Source: Candidatus Pantoea superficialis
GTDB lineage: Bacteria; Pseudomonadota; Gammaproteobacteria; Enterobacterales; Enterobacteriaceae
Direction: 5' to 3'
DNA: 64,000 nt
Assembly (NCBI GenBank): GCA_002299595.1
Contig: DBOK01000188.1
Coordinates: 3,533-67,532, forward strand
Shown: one piece after another, positions 34,037 to 44,306 of the stretch
How positions within the stretch are numbered: position 1 is the stretch's first letter
Layout of the letters: each line of letters begins with the position of its first letter
Notes under the pieces: model-generated
Told to the model about the DNA's origin: nothing
What the model saw: the letters and a program-made list of their open reading frames with translations, nothing else
The model's database searches: none
Position numbers and translations under genes: made by a program

Positions 34037-35023
34037 TTACTGCGGCGTAAATCGACGTAAATGTTGCGCCGTCGCCAGCCAGGCGGCGATCCAGCCGATC
34101 ATCGCGGCGATCAACAGCAGCAGCAGCGCCTCATCCCAGGAGAAGCCTTCCAGGGTAAAGGTGGTGCCGAACACCGCCGCCACGTGCGCCACCACGGTTT
34201 GCAGACGCAGCACCAGCACTTCGGAGAGGATCAGCGACAGCAGCGCGCCGCTCAGTCCGAGCAGCGCTCCGCCATAGAGGAAAGGCCGCAGGATAAAGCC
34301 GTCGGTGGCGCCGATCAGCTTCTGCACGTTGATAGTGTCGCGCCGGGCGAAAATGCTGAGGCGCACGCTGTTGCCGATCACCAGGAACACCGCCACCACC
34401 ATCAGAATGCCGATCATCGCCGCCACCTGGCCGACCAGACCGGTCAGCGCCGCGAGGCGGGCAAACCAGCTGTCGTCCATGCGCACTTCATCCACGCCGT
34501 CGACCTTCGCCACGCGCTCGCGCAGATTTTGCATAGTGTCAGAGTTCTGGAAATTCAGCTTCGGCGTAATAATCGCCACCGCCGGCAGCGGGTTCTGTTC
34601 CAGCATATCCATGGCGCCGCCGAATCCCGACCAGTTGCGGAACTCGCTGAGCGCCTCTTCGCGCGTCAGATAGTTGACGTTATCCACGCCGTCCAGCTGT
34701 TTCAACTGCGTCGCGACGTTCTCCGCCGCGCTGTCGTCCAGCGTTTTCGACAGGTAAACCGTCAGCTGCGGCGCCGGATACCACTGGGTCGCCGCCTGGC
34801 TGACGTTTTTCCAGACCATGTAGCAGACGCTGGGCAGCGTTAGTGAGATGGCGATCACCATCACGGTCAGCAGCGTCGCCAGCGGCTGACGCCACATATC
34901 GGAGAGCGTGCCGCGCAGGGCGTAGCGCCACTGTTCCTGCCAGCCGCCCTTCAGCGCTTTGGTTTTCGAAGGTTGCTGTTTGGTTTTCGGCGCCGCTGCG
35001 CGTTTGTTGCGTTTATTGACCAT
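34037..35023 (-). CDS. ftsX: cell division permease
   Basis: [24 protein letters not shown]. Confidence 0.96.
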   Translation of the reverse strand: MVNKRNKRAAAPKTKQQPSKTKALKGGWQEQWRYALRGTLSDMWRQPLATLLTVMVIAISLTLPSVCYMVWKNVSQAATQWYPAPQLTVYLSKTLDDSAAENVATQLKQLDGVDNVNYLTREEALSEFRNWSGFGGAMDMLEQNPLPAVAIITPKLNFQNSDTMQNLRERVAKVDGVDEVRMDDSWFARLAALTGLVGQVAAMIGILMVVAVFLVIGNSVRLSIFARRDTINVQKLIGATDGFILRPFLYGGALLGLSGALLSLILSEVLVLRLQTVVAHVAAVFGTTFTLEGFSWDEALLLLLIAAMIGWIAAWLATAQHLRRFTPQ

Positions 35024-35681
35024 CGTGGCCTCCGTGCAAACGTCCCTGGTTTAGCGTCATCACCCGATAACGGCGGCGCGTAATCAAACCGAGGTCGTGC
35101 GTCGCCATCAGCACCGTCACGCCTACGCGGTTGAACTCTTCGAACAGGCGCAGGATATCTTCCGACAGCGCGTTGTCGAGGTTGCCGGTCGGCTCGTCCG
35201 CCAGCAGCACCGACGGCTTATTCACCACCGCGCGGGCGATGCCGACGCGCTGCTGTTCGCCGCCGGAGAGCTGAATAGGATAGCTTTTCGCTTTGTCGAG
35301 CAGGCCGACTTTATCCAGCGCCGCCGAAACGCGACGGCGAATATCTTCGCCGCTGGCGCCGGAGATGATCAGCGGGATCGCCACGTTGTCGTAGACCGAA
35401 CGATCCATCAACAGGTGGTGATCCTGGAAGATCATGCCGATCTGGCGGCGCAGAAAAGGCACTTCGCTGTTGCGCAGACGGGTAATGTCGTGGCCGCCAA
35501 ACCAGATTTGTCCGGCGCTTGGCCGCTCAATACCACAAATCAGCTTCAGCAAGGTGCTCTTCCCTGCGCCGGAGTGGCCGGTCAGGAACGCCATTTCGCC
35601 GGGGCGCAGATGGAAATCCACCCCCTGCAACGCCTGACGTCCACCGAGATAAGCCTTACTGACCTCTTCAAAGCGAATCAT
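35013..35681 (-). CDS. ftsE: cell division ATPase
   Basis: [18 protein letters not shown], 222 aa. Confidence 0.97.
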   Translation of the reverse strand: MIRFEEVSKAYLGGRQALQGVDFHLRPGEMAFLTGHSGAGKSTLLKLICGIERPSAGQIWFGGHDITRLRNSEVPFLRRQIGMIFQDHHLLMDRSVYDNVAIPLIISGASGEDIRRRVSAALDKVGLLDKAKSYPIQLSGGEQQRVGIARAVVNKPSVLLADEPTGNLDNALSEDILRLFEEFNRVGVTVLMATHDLGLITRRRYRVMTLNQGRLHGGHDGQ

Positions 35682-35686
35682 CCAAA

Positions 35687-37195
35687 TTAGTCCTCTCGGG
35701 CAAACAGTGCCTCAATAAAATCCTCAGCCTTGAACGGCCGCAAATCTTCGATGCCTTCCCCAACACCGATATAACGAATCGGAATGCCGAACTGATCGGC
35801 CACCGAGAAGATCACGCCGCCCTTGGCGGTGCCGTCCAGCTTGGTGAGCGTAATGCCGGTAAGCCCCACCGCCTCATGGAACAGCTTCGCCTGGCTAATG
35901 GCGTTCTGGCCGGTGCTGGCGTCGATGGTCAGCATCACTTCGTGCGGCGCGTCTTCATCCAGCTTCTTCATCACGCGCGTGATCTTCTTCAGCTCTTCCA
36001 TCAGGTGCGATTTATTCTGCAAACGGCCTGCGGTGTCGGCGATCAGCACATCCACCTTGCGCGCTTTCGCCGCCTGGATGGCGTCGAAAATCACCGAGGC
36101 GGAATCAGCGCCGGTATGCTGCGCCACGACCGGGATGTTGTTGCGCTCGCCCCAGACCTGCAGCTGCTCCACCGCCGCCGCGCGGAAGGTGTCGCCCGCC
36201 GCCAGCATCACGCTTTTGCCCTGCGCCTGATATTGACGCGCCAGCTTGCCGATAGTGGTGGTTTTGCCGACGCCGTTGACGCCTACCATCAGAATGACGA
36301 ACGGCGTTTTGCCGCCGACATCAAGCGGCGCGTCGACCTTTTGCAAAATGCCGGCCATTTCCGCCTTCAGCAGACCGTAGAGCGCTTCGGCGTCGCGCAG
36401 CTGTTTGCGGCTCGCCTGCTGCGTCAGGTTGGTGATGATGCGGCGCGTGGTTTCCACGCCGACGTCGGCGATCAGCAGCTGCTCTTCCAACTCTTCAAAG
36501 AGCTCGTCGTCGATTTTTTTACCGCGGAACAGGCTGATGAAACCGGAGCCGAGATTCTGGCGCGTTTTGACCAGGCTGCGCTTCAGGCGGGCAAAGAAGC
36601 CCTCTTTGGTCGGGCGCTCCTGCTCCTGGGTAACGATGGGCGCGGCGGCAAGCGGCAGATCGCTGACGGTATCGACCGACGCGCTGTCCGCCTCGTCGCT
36701 GTCCGGCGCGACCTCGGCCAGCGCCAGCGCTTCCAGCTCTTCGTCGCTGAGCGGCTCGCCGGCTTCTTCTTCCGCCAGCTCTTCCGCCTGCGGCTCCTCT
36801 TCGACCGGAGCGCGTTCAGGATGCGCAGTCTCTTCCGGCAGCGTCTCCTCTTCTACGGCGACGATAACCGGCTGCGCCGCTTCCGTTTCTTCAACCGCAG
36901 CGACATCCGGCTGCCCGGTTTCCGGCTCTTGCGCAACGATGGCGCTTTCCGCTTCCGTTGCCGGCTCAGCATGTTCAGCCTGCGCCTGCGCCACCGCTTC
37001 GGTGACGGCGACTGTGGCTTCCGCCTGCGCTTCGGCGCGCGCGACTTCAGGAATTTCCTCGGCTTCCGCCTGACGATCTGTCGCCGCCTCTTCAGGCTGC
37101 GCTACGCTCTCTTTCTCTTCGGCAGCCGGCTGTTTCTCTTCTTCTTTGCCAAAGCCCAGCCAGGAAAAAAAGCCACGTTTTTTCTCTTTTGCCAT
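35687..37195 (-). CDS. ftsY: signal recognition particle receptor
   Basis: MAKEKKRGFFSW, acidic A domain, GVNGVGKTT, DTAGR, TKLDGTAKGG. Confidence 0.97.
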   Translation of the reverse strand: MAKEKKRGFFSWLGFGKEEEKQPAAEEKESVAQPEEAATDRQAEAEEIPEVARAEAQAEATVAVTEAVAQAQAEHAEPATEAESAIVAQEPETGQPDVAAVEETEAAQPVIVAVEEETLPEETAHPERAPVEEEPQAEELAEEEAGEPLSDEELEALALAEVAPDSDEADSASVDTVSDLPLAAAPIVTQEQERPTKEGFFARLKRSLVKTRQNLGSGFISLFRGKKIDDELFEELEEQLLIADVGVETTRRIITNLTQQASRKQLRDAEALYGLLKAEMAGILQKVDAPLDVGGKTPFVILMVGVNGVGKTTTIGKLARQYQAQGKSVMLAAGDTFRAAAVEQLQVWGERNNIPVVAQHTGADSASVIFDAIQAAKARKVDVLIADTAGRLQNKSHLMEELKKITRVMKKLDEDAPHEVMLTIDASTGQNAISQAKLFHEAVGLTGITLTKLDGTAKGGVIFSVADQFGIPIRYIGVGEGIEDLRPFKAEDFIEALFARED

Positions 37196-37433
37196 TGTGT
37201 GACCACACTCCTCGATGGCTCAAACCCGGCCGATGACGGCTATCGGGGTGCAAATAAACTTGATAAATTCAGGGGCGATTCCGTGACCGGACGCGGAACG
37301 CATTGATACCACATCACATCAGGAACCGAGCCTGCTAGTCTAACACTTTCCAGCCAGCGCACCACAGCACCCTTTTTTAACGTTTCTTCTCGCCTCTGCG
37401 CCCGTTAAACTACGCAACAAATTATGACGAGTT

Positions 37434-38042
37434 GTGAGCAAGATGAATAAAAAACCCCGCAGCGCCGGCGGTGCCGGGCAGATTCGCCTGATCGGCGGCC
37501 AGTGGCGCGGGCGTAAATTGCCGGTGCCCGACAGCGCCGGTTTGCGCCCCACTACCGACCGGGTGCGTGAAACCCTGTTTAACTGGCTCGCGCCCGATAT
37601 TCGCCAGGCGCGCTGTCTTGACTGTTTCGCTGGCAGCGGCGCGCTGGGGCTGGAAGCGCTGTCGCGCTACGCCGCCTCGGCCACGCTGCTGGAGCTGGAG
37701 CGCCCGGTGGCGCAGCAGCTGGAAAAAAATCTGCGCACTTTGGGCGCGTCGCAGGGTAAGGTGATCCAGACCAATACGCTGAGCTGGCTGGCGCAAACCG
37801 GCGAGCCTTACGACGTGGTGTTTATCGATCCGCCGTTCCGCAAAGGGCTGCTGCTGGAGACGCTGTCGCTACTGGAGCAGAACGGCTGGCTGGCCGCCGA
37901 CGCGCTGATCTACGTTGAGAGCGAAGTGGAGCACGGCGCGCCGCCGGTTCCCGTTCACTGGCATCTGCACCGCGAGAAGATCGCCGGTCAGGTGGCTTAT
38001 CGTCTGTATCATCGCCAACAGGAGACGCGCGATGCTGATTAA
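37434..38042 (+). CDS. rsmD: 16S rRNA m2G966 methyltransferase
   Basis: LRPTTDRVRETLFNWL, DCFAGSGALG, DPPF; start may instead be 37443. Confidence 0.95.
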   Translation: MSKMNKKPRSAGGAGQIRLIGGQWRGRKLPVPDSAGLRPTTDRVRETLFNWLAPDIRQARCLDCFAGSGALGLEALSRYAASATLLELERPVAQQLEKNLRTLGASQGKVIQTNTLSWLAQTGEPYDVVFIDPPFRKGLLLETLSLLEQNGWLAADALIYVESEVEHGAPPVPVHWHLHREKIAGQVAYRLYHRQQETRDAD

Positions 38043-38301
38043 TCTGGGACGCCTGCTGATGGTCTGCGTATGGGCTTTTTTGCTGCTGAATCTGGTGCAG
38101 CCTTTTCCTAAACCGCTGACTTACTTCGTCAACGTGGCGCTGTTTTTTATGGTGATTATGCACGGCCTGCAGCTGGTGCTGCTGCGCGCGACCCAGCCCA
38201 AAGACGCCGCGAAGCTCAGCCGAACGACGCAGCTGAAAATCTTCGTCTTCGGCGTATTCGAACTGCTGGCATGGCAGAAAAAACACTATCCGAAGCAGTA
38301 A
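38032..38301 (+). CDS. yhhL: DUF1145 membrane protein
   Basis: MLINLGRLLMVCVW...FGVFELLAWQK, directly after rsmD. Confidence 0.88.
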   Translation: MLINLGRLLMVCVWAFLLLNLVQPFPKPLTYFVNVALFFMVIMHGLQLVLLRATQPKDAAKLSRTTQLKIFVFGVFELLAWQKKHYPKQ

Positions 38302-38325
38302 TACTCAGGCGTAACGCGCTCGCGC

Positions 38326-38682
38326 TCAGGGCGCGGGCGTAAAGCTGACAAAGCGCGTGCCCTGCACTTTCAGTTCGCCCTTCACGTTTTTATCCAGCTG
38401 GTGATAATCGCCGGCATTCAGCATCAGCTTAAAGTCGCCCGCGCCGTTCAGGGGATGAAACCAGACCTCGTAGCGCATCTCCTCGCCGGCGATCACTTCG
38501 CGCTGACGCGAGCGGCGGTTCGAGGTCGGATATTCGCGTTTGCTCTTTATTTGGGCCGGCAGCATCTGCACGGGCGACGCATCGTTGACGGCGATTTCGC
38601 GCCGCTGCTTGATAAACTGACGGGTCGCCAGCACGGCGATAATGGCCAGAACGATAAAAAAGAGGAGCGGCGGCTTGCTCAT
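38326..38682 (-). CDS. yhhM: DUF2500 protein
   Basis: MSKPPLLFF...RRSRQREV...GTRFVSF; synteny. Confidence 0.85.
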   Translation of the reverse strand: MSKPPLLFFIVLAIIAVLATRQFIKQRREIAVNDASPVQMLPAQIKSKREYPTSNRRSRQREVIAGEEMRYEVWFHPLNGAGDFKLMLNAGDYHQLDKNVKGELKVQGTRFVSFTPAP

Positions 38683-38839
38683 ATTTTCTCCCGCACTTTG
38701 CGTTTCAAATAAGGTGGCGGCAAAGGATACAACCAGAGAAGCCTGATTGTCACATTCACCGGCCGTAACCTAAACTGAGATCGAAATTTTGGGAATTTTC
38801 ATCTGATTAGCGGACGTTCTGTTCGTGAAGGGAGAAAAC

Positions 38840-39469
38840 ATGCTTTGGTCTTTCCTTGCGGTACTTTTTTCCGGTTGGCTCTATGTTGACGCCTCTTATC
38901 GCGGACCGCAGTGGCAACGCTGGGTCTTCAAACCTGTCACGCTGTTGCTGCTTGTCGCCTGGGCATGGCAGGCGCCGAGGCTGCACAGCACCGATTACCT
39001 GATTCTGGCGGGGCTGGTGGCGACGCTGATCGGCGACGCGCTGACGCTGTTGCCGCGCCAGCGCATGCTTTACGCCCTCGGCGCGTTTTTTCTGTCGCAC
39101 CTGCTTTATACCATCAGCTTCGCGGCGAATATGACCATGAGCTTTTTCTGGCCGATTCCGTTGGTGCTGCTGATTATCGGTGTGCTGGTGATTGCGACCA
39201 TCTGGACGCGGCTGGAGGATCTGCGCTGGCCGATTTCCACCTTTATCGGCATGACGCTGGTGATGACCTGGCTGGCGGCGGAGCAGTACTTCTTCCGCCC
39301 TACGGACTACAGCTTCTCGCTGGTAGTGGGCGCCAGCCTGCTACTGCTGGCGAATATCGTCTGGTTTATCAGCCACTACCGCCGCCGTTTCCGCGCCGAC
39401 AGCGCCATTGTCGCCGCTTGTTACTTCGCCGGTCATTTTATGATTGTGCGTTCGCTGTGGCTTTACTGA
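38840..39469 (+). CDS. yhhN: lysoplasmalogenase-like membrane protein
   Basis: [31 protein letters not shown]. Confidence 0.9.
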   Translation: MLWSFLAVLFSGWLYVDASYRGPQWQRWVFKPVTLLLLVAWAWQAPRLHSTDYLILAGLVATLIGDALTLLPRQRMLYALGAFFLSHLLYTISFAANMTMSFFWPIPLVLLIIGVLVIATIWTRLEDLRWPISTFIGMTLVMTWLAAEQYFFRPTDYSFSLVVGASLLLLANIVWFISHYRRRFRADSAIVAACYFAGHFMIVRSLWLY

Positions 39470-39614
39470 GAGAGGGCGCTTTGTTCAGCTCTGGCAGGGA
39501 GGCCGGAGCGGAAAGCAGCCATGATAATTTTCACCAAAAATGATAACCTTGGTTTACTAACTCTTCCTTAAAATGGTTCTGTTCGACAGCCCCACTTTTA
39601 ATCACAAGGAGTTT

Positions 39615-39956
39615 ATGATGCGCAAAGGAATGCCTACACGCCTTCTGCTATCCGTTGTTTTTGTTTCGCCGTTAATCGCTTCTGCCAAACCCTTGCAGCT
39701 GGAATATCAAAGCAGCCCAGAGCTGCTTGCCGCCCCGTCGCCGCTGAAAACCGACGAAAAATCGATGACGTTTTCACTGCCGGAGCCCGCAATTAAAGCA
39801 GGCACCGAATGCGACAGCGGTTACTGCACGCGCAAAGCCGCGCCCTTTCCCACTGATTCTCAGCGCATTCATCGAACGGACCGCAGACGTCAGTCCGATG
39901 CCTTTTCCACTAACCAGGACGGGAACGGGAAGGTTTTTATCGGCGGCAGCTGGTAA
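39615..39956 (+). CDS. hypothetical exported protein (113 aa)
   Basis: AAGGAG RBS before ATG; Sec-type signal peptide ending ASA; no family recognised. Confidence 0.7.
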   Translation: MMRKGMPTRLLLSVVFVSPLIASAKPLQLEYQSSPELLAAPSPLKTDEKSMTFSLPEPAIKAGTECDSGYCTRKAAPFPTDSQRIHRTDRRRQSDAFSTNQDGNGKVFIGGSW

Positions 39957-39967
39957 CGGCGCTGCCG

Positions 39968-40213
39968 CTACAGGCCCTTTTTAATCAAAAACCGATAGGG
40001 AAGCGCATCCGTATCCTGCGCCAGCAGCGTATGTTCCATAAAGCGGCAAAAGCCGGGTATGTCGCGCGTGGTGGCGGGATCATCGGCGATAATCAGCAGG
40101 GTTTCGCCGTCCGCCATGTGGCGGACGGTTTTACGCACCATCATGACCGGCTCCGGGCAGCGCAGCCCCAGCGCGTCTAAGGTTTGATCGGGATTTGCGA
40201 AGCGGTCGCTCAT
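39968..40213 (-). CDS. tusA: sulfur carrier protein
   Basis: [14 protein letters not shown] (CPxP), [10 protein letters not shown]. Confidence 0.96.
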   Translation of the reverse strand: MSDRFANPDQTLDALGLRCPEPVMMVRKTVRHMADGETLLIIADDPATTRDIPGFCRFMEHTLLAQDTDALPYRFLIKKGL

Positions 40214-40401
40214 AATTCTCTCTGAATTGGGTTGGGGCCGGCTATTCTAGCGCGCCGAACAGAGGGCGCAAGGCGATAACGATTGCGTTAAAATTAACCA
40301 TTGTATAAATAACCTGAAACGGTAAGATGCCGCCCGATTTTCCCTAAGTTTAACCGCAACCGCGCAAGACGTTTCAGCAATCTGAGCGTTTCGCCGGCGG
40401 C

Positions 40402-40432
40402 AATGGGTTCCCTCACCCCAAAACTAAAAAGG
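40402..40432 (+). ncRNA. preQ1-I riboswitch (enterobacterial type 3)
   Basis: TGGGTTCCCTCACCCCA followed by an A-rich tail and AAGG RBS just before yhhQ; the loop can pair with the RBS in a pseudoknot. Confidence 0.85.
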
Positions 40433-40438
40433 CTTAAT

Positions 40439-41104
40439 ATGATCGATTTGTCTCCGCGTCAGCGCCTGCACGCGCTGTTCTGGCTGTCGCTGTTTCACCT
40501 GCTGGTGATCACCTCCAGCAACTATCTGGTTCAGCTGCCGATCTCCATTTTCGGTTTCCATACCACCTGGGGCGCCTTCAGCTTTCCTTTCATCTTTCTC
40601 GCTACCGATCTCACCGTGCGCATCTTCGGCGCGCCGCTTGCGCGCCGTATTATTCTGGCGGTGATGCTTCCGGCGCTGTTTATCTCTTATATGGTCTCCT
40701 GCGTTTTCTACCAGGGAGAGTGGCAGGGCTGGGCCGCATTGCAGGAGGTTAACCTGTTCGTGGCACGCATCGCCTGCGCCAGCTTTATGGCCTATGCGCT
40801 GGGGCAGATTCTGGACGTACATGTCTTTAACCGCCTGCGTCAGCTGCCGCAGTGGTGGGCGGCGCCGGCGGCGGCGATGTTCCTCGGCAATATCAGCGAT
40901 ACCCTGGCCTTCTTCTTCATCGCGTTCTACAAAAGCCTCGATCCCTTTATGGCGCAGCACTGGGTCGAGATCGCGCTGGTGGACTACAGCTTCAAAGTGC
41001 TTATCTGCATGGTTTTCTTCCTGCCCGCCTACGGCATGTTGCTGAACGCCGCGCTGAAGCGTCTCACGCAGCGTTCCCGCCGCAGCCAGCTAAATTTCGG
41101 CTAA
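40439..41104 (+). CDS. yhhQ: queuosine precursor (preQ0/preQ1) transporter
   Basis: SNYLVQLP, FHTTWGAFSFPFIFLATDLTVR. Confidence 0.93.
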   Translation: MIDLSPRQRLHALFWLSLFHLLVITSSNYLVQLPISIFGFHTTWGAFSFPFIFLATDLTVRIFGAPLARRIILAVMLPALFISYMVSCVFYQGEWQGWAALQEVNLFVARIACASFMAYALGQILDVHVFNRLRQLPQWWAAPAAAMFLGNISDTLAFFFIAFYKSLDPFMAQHWVEIALVDYSFKVLICMVFFLPAYGMLLNAALKRLTQRSRRSQLNFG

Positions 41105-41217
41105 TCCTATGGAGCAAAGCCCGGCGGACCGCTAAGATCTGCTGACAATCCTCAGGTTGCTTTTGCCGCCTGAGGATTGTAAGAATGGCTGATTGGAAAC
41201 TAAAAAAAGGGATTCAG

Positions 41218-41775
41218 ATGCGTAACTTAGTAAAGTATCTCGGTATAGGTTTACTGGCGCTGGGACTTGCCGCCTGCGACCAGAAGCAAGATGACGCGGC
41301 GAAAAACGACAACGGCGTCAGCGCCAGCCAGTCTGCGCAAACGGTGACGCTTATGGACGGCAAATTAAGCTTCTCGCTGCCGGCCGGCATGTCTGACAAG
41401 AGTGGTAAAATCGGTTCTCAGTCGACCAATATGCATGTCTATGCGGATGAAAGCGGCCAGAGCGCCATTATCGTTATCGAAGGCGATGCCACTAACGAGT
41501 CGCTGGAGGTGCTTTCTCAGCGCCTTGAGCAGCAGCAGCGCAACCGCGATCCGCAGCTGCAGGTGGTCTCTAATAAAGCAGTGACGCTGAAAGATCAGCC
41601 GGCGCAGCAGCTGGATTCGGTGATTTCCGCCAACAACCAGACCTCCTGGTCGACGGTGATTCTGGCGAAAGTCGACGGCAAGCTGCTGACCATGCAGATC
41701 ACCCTGCCGGCGGATAACCAGCAGCAGGCGCAGAGCACTGCGGAGAATATCGTGAAGACGATTACCCTGAAGTAA
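41218..41775 (+). CDS. dcrB: DcrB lipoprotein
   Basis: MRNLVKY...LAAC lipobox, DGKLSFSLP. Confidence 0.92.
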   Translation: MRNLVKYLGIGLLALGLAACDQKQDDAAKNDNGVSASQSAQTVTLMDGKLSFSLPAGMSDKSGKIGSQSTNMHVYADESGQSAIIVIEGDATNESLEVLSQRLEQQQRNRDPQLQVVSNKAVTLKDQPAQQLDSVISANNQTSWSTVILAKVDGKLLTMQITLPADNQQQAQSTAENIVKTITLK

Positions 41776-41827
41776 TCTACGCCGCGGCGGGCGGGTAAGC
41801 AGGAGGCAAACCCGCCCAGCGCCGTCG

Positions 41828-43756
41828 TCAGCCCCGGCCCGATGCCTTGCGCGCGTCGCGCCAGTAGGCAATCAGCCGCAGATAGTTCCCCTTCACCTGC
41901 TCAATCAACGCCCGATCGTCCAGCTCGCCCTGTAGCCATTGCCGTGAAGGCTGGCCGAAAATGGTGCGGCCGACGGCGAAGCCTTTGACCCACAGCGCCT
42001 GCGCGGCGGCGACAAAGCCCGACTTCAGTTTCTCTTCCGGCGCATCCAGACCCAGCAACAAAATGCCGCGACAGTACGGATCCTGCTGCTCAATCAATCC
42101 GCCGATCGCCTCCCAGCTCGCGGCGGAGAGCGGCGGCAGCTTCCACCAGTCCGGCTGAATGCCCAGGCGGTAAAAGTGGCTCAAGATATCAAGATAATAC
42201 GACTCCTGATGGTCCGGGTTGCTCTCCGGCAGGATCACCTCCAGCAGCAGTTCATGTCCGCTTTTATTGCAGCTGCGCCAGACGTCCAGCACCTGCTCAT
42301 CCTGCGCTTGGCGCATCTCGGCGCTGTCGTGCGGATGGTAGAACACCAGACATTTCACCACGTGCTCCTGCGGCCAGTCGATAAGCTGCGAACCGATATT
42401 GCCATGCTCCAGGCGCAGCGGACGCGATCCGGGCTGCTCGATCGGGCGGCCTATCCACCAGCCTTTGCCGGTAATGGCGTTCAGCGCCCGCTGGCCGTAA
42501 GTGGTATCCGCCAGAATGCCGCTTTTATTCTCCAGCCCCGCCTCGTCGGCCGCCTCTTCCGCCGCCTTCAGCAGCAGCAGCTTCAGTTGCGGAATGCCGC
42601 TTTCGTCTACGCCCGCCTCGCGCGCCATATCCGCCAGCTGCTTGCGGTGGTCGAAAGCGAAGACGCACAATTCCGGCCACTGCCGCTTGCGAGTGGTGAC
42701 GCGGTGCAGATGGTTCAGGCGCCTGTCGCGATCCGGTCGCTTCACCTCATGCTCGCGGCTGAGGAAATCGTCCAGCTCCTGTTTGGTCGGCATCGCTGGA
42801 GCGCAGCCGTGACGCGAGACCACCAGCGCGCCGCAGGCGTTGGCGTAACGGCAAGCCTGCTCCCAGCCTTCGTCGTTGAGCCAGCCGCGCAGCAGACCCG
42901 ACATAAAGGCGTCTCCGGCCCCCAGCACGTTCAGCACTTCCACGCGCACGCCGCTGTGCAGCCGCGTCTCTTCCCAGCTATCCGGGATCGCCTGCTCAAA
43001 CACCACGCAGCCGAGCGGGCCGCGTTTGCAGACCAACGTCGCCTGGCTCGCCTGACGCACGTTCTTCAGCGCGGTCAGCGTATCGGTGCTGCCGCCGGCG
43101 ATATGAAACTCTTCTTCCGTCCCGACGATCAGGTCGAAATAGTGCGCCACTTCCTGCAACTGCTGCGTTACCTGCTGCGATTCGATGTAGCGCGTCTCCC
43201 CGTCGCCCAACGAGGTCAGCCCCCAAAGCACCGGCCGGTAGTCGATATCCAGCGCGGTGCGCAGGCCGTTGCCGCGGGCGATCTCCAGCGCCTTCAGCAC
43301 CGCCGCGCGGGTATCGGGATGAGAAAGATGCGTGCCGGTCACCGCCACGGCATGGGACGAGGCGATAAAAGCCTCGTCGATATCTTCCGGCACCAACCCC
43401 ATATCGGCGCAGTTGTCGCGGTAAAAAATCAGCGGGAAGGTCTCCTGATCCTTAATGCCCAGAATAACCATGCCGGTCAGACGACGTTTATCGGTAATCA
43501 GGCTATCGGTATTGCAGCCGACGCGCTGCAACTCCTCACGTAGAAAACGGCCGTTATGCTCATCGCCGACGCGCGCCAGCATCGCCGATTTCAATCCCTG
43601 AATCGCCGTGCCGTAGGCGACATTGCCAGACGAGCCGCCCAGATATTTGGCGAAAGTCGTGGTCTCTTCCAGACGCGCCCCGATCTGCTGCCCATAAAAA
43701 TCGACGGCGATGCGCCCGATACAAATCACATCGAGCCGCTTCTGTTGTGTACTCAT
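41828..43756 (-). CDS. iolC: 5-dehydro-2-deoxygluconokinase with C-terminal DUF2090 domain
   Basis: PfkB motifs GGSSGNVAYG and GAGDAF; C-terminal FAFDHR...DWWKL...GFAVGRTIF; 642 aa from MSTQQK. Confidence 0.92.
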   Translation of the reverse strand: MSTQQKRLDVICIGRIAVDFYGQQIGARLEETTTFAKYLGGSSGNVAYGTAIQGLKSAMLARVGDEHNGRFLREELQRVGCNTDSLITDKRRLTGMVILGIKDQETFPLIFYRDNCADMGLVPEDIDEAFIASSHAVAVTGTHLSHPDTRAAVLKALEIARGNGLRTALDIDYRPVLWGLTSLGDGETRYIESQQVTQQLQEVAHYFDLIVGTEEEFHIAGGSTDTLTALKNVRQASQATLVCKRGPLGCVVFEQAIPDSWEETRLHSGVRVEVLNVLGAGDAFMSGLLRGWLNDEGWEQACRYANACGALVVSRHGCAPAMPTKQELDDFLSREHEVKRPDRDRRLNHLHRVTTRKRQWPELCVFAFDHRKQLADMAREAGVDESGIPQLKLLLLKAAEEAADEAGLENKSGILADTTYGQRALNAITGKGWWIGRPIEQPGSRPLRLEHGNIGSQLIDWPQEHVVKCLVFYHPHDSAEMRQAQDEQVLDVWRSCNKSGHELLLEVILPESNPDHQESYYLDILSHFYRLGIQPDWWKLPPLSAASWEAIGGLIEQQDPYCRGILLLGLDAPEEKLKSGFVAAAQALWVKGFAVGRTIFGQPSRQWLQGELDDRALIEQVKGNYLRLIAYWRDARKASGRG

Positions 43757-44130
43757 ACCTGTGGTTTCCTTCTGTGATAAGCCGTGACTGCAGGCGGAAC
43801 CGCCGGATGGCGGGCGACACGCTCCCGATTCCCGGGCTGCCTGATTGACCCTAAAACCAGTATGAGGAACAAAAATTCCAAATTCAACCTGAAATGAAAT
43901 ATCCACCTCAATTTTGTGAACCAGGTAAAACTCTTGCGCCAGCGGAAAAACAGGCGAAGAGGCAGGCCGTTTTGCCTGTTCAGCAGCAGCTGTGACCAGC
44001 CTCGCATTCTGGCGCGGGAAAACGCAGGAACCTGCTGAGATCAAATGAAATTTCTTTAAAGGTGGTTAATGGCTGGTTGCCGTTTCATTTCTTATCTGTA
44101 GTGCCATGTGAAAGGCACTGATTCATCGTT

Positions 44131-44152
44131 AAATTTGATCTCTCTCGCAAAA
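44131..44152. promoter_or_regulatory. CRP-binding site in the iolC-iolD divergent region
   Basis: aaaTTTGAtctctcTCGCAaaa. Confidence 0.6.
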
Positions 44153-44306
44153 TGAAATGTTTCTTCTGTAATCATATTTTATGGAAAAAATATTTGTTTA
44201 TAATCCCCTCACGTTTCACTTATTTGCGGTGGCCTTTCCTGTACGCGCACCACCCGCCACCCGCGTCATACCCTTCTCCGGGTATCAGCATGTAAAGGAT
44301 GAGCAT

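Noticed and set aside
36640..37150. Low-complexity Glu/Ala-rich segment as a novel insertion
   Set aside because: It is the normal variable acidic A domain of FtsY.
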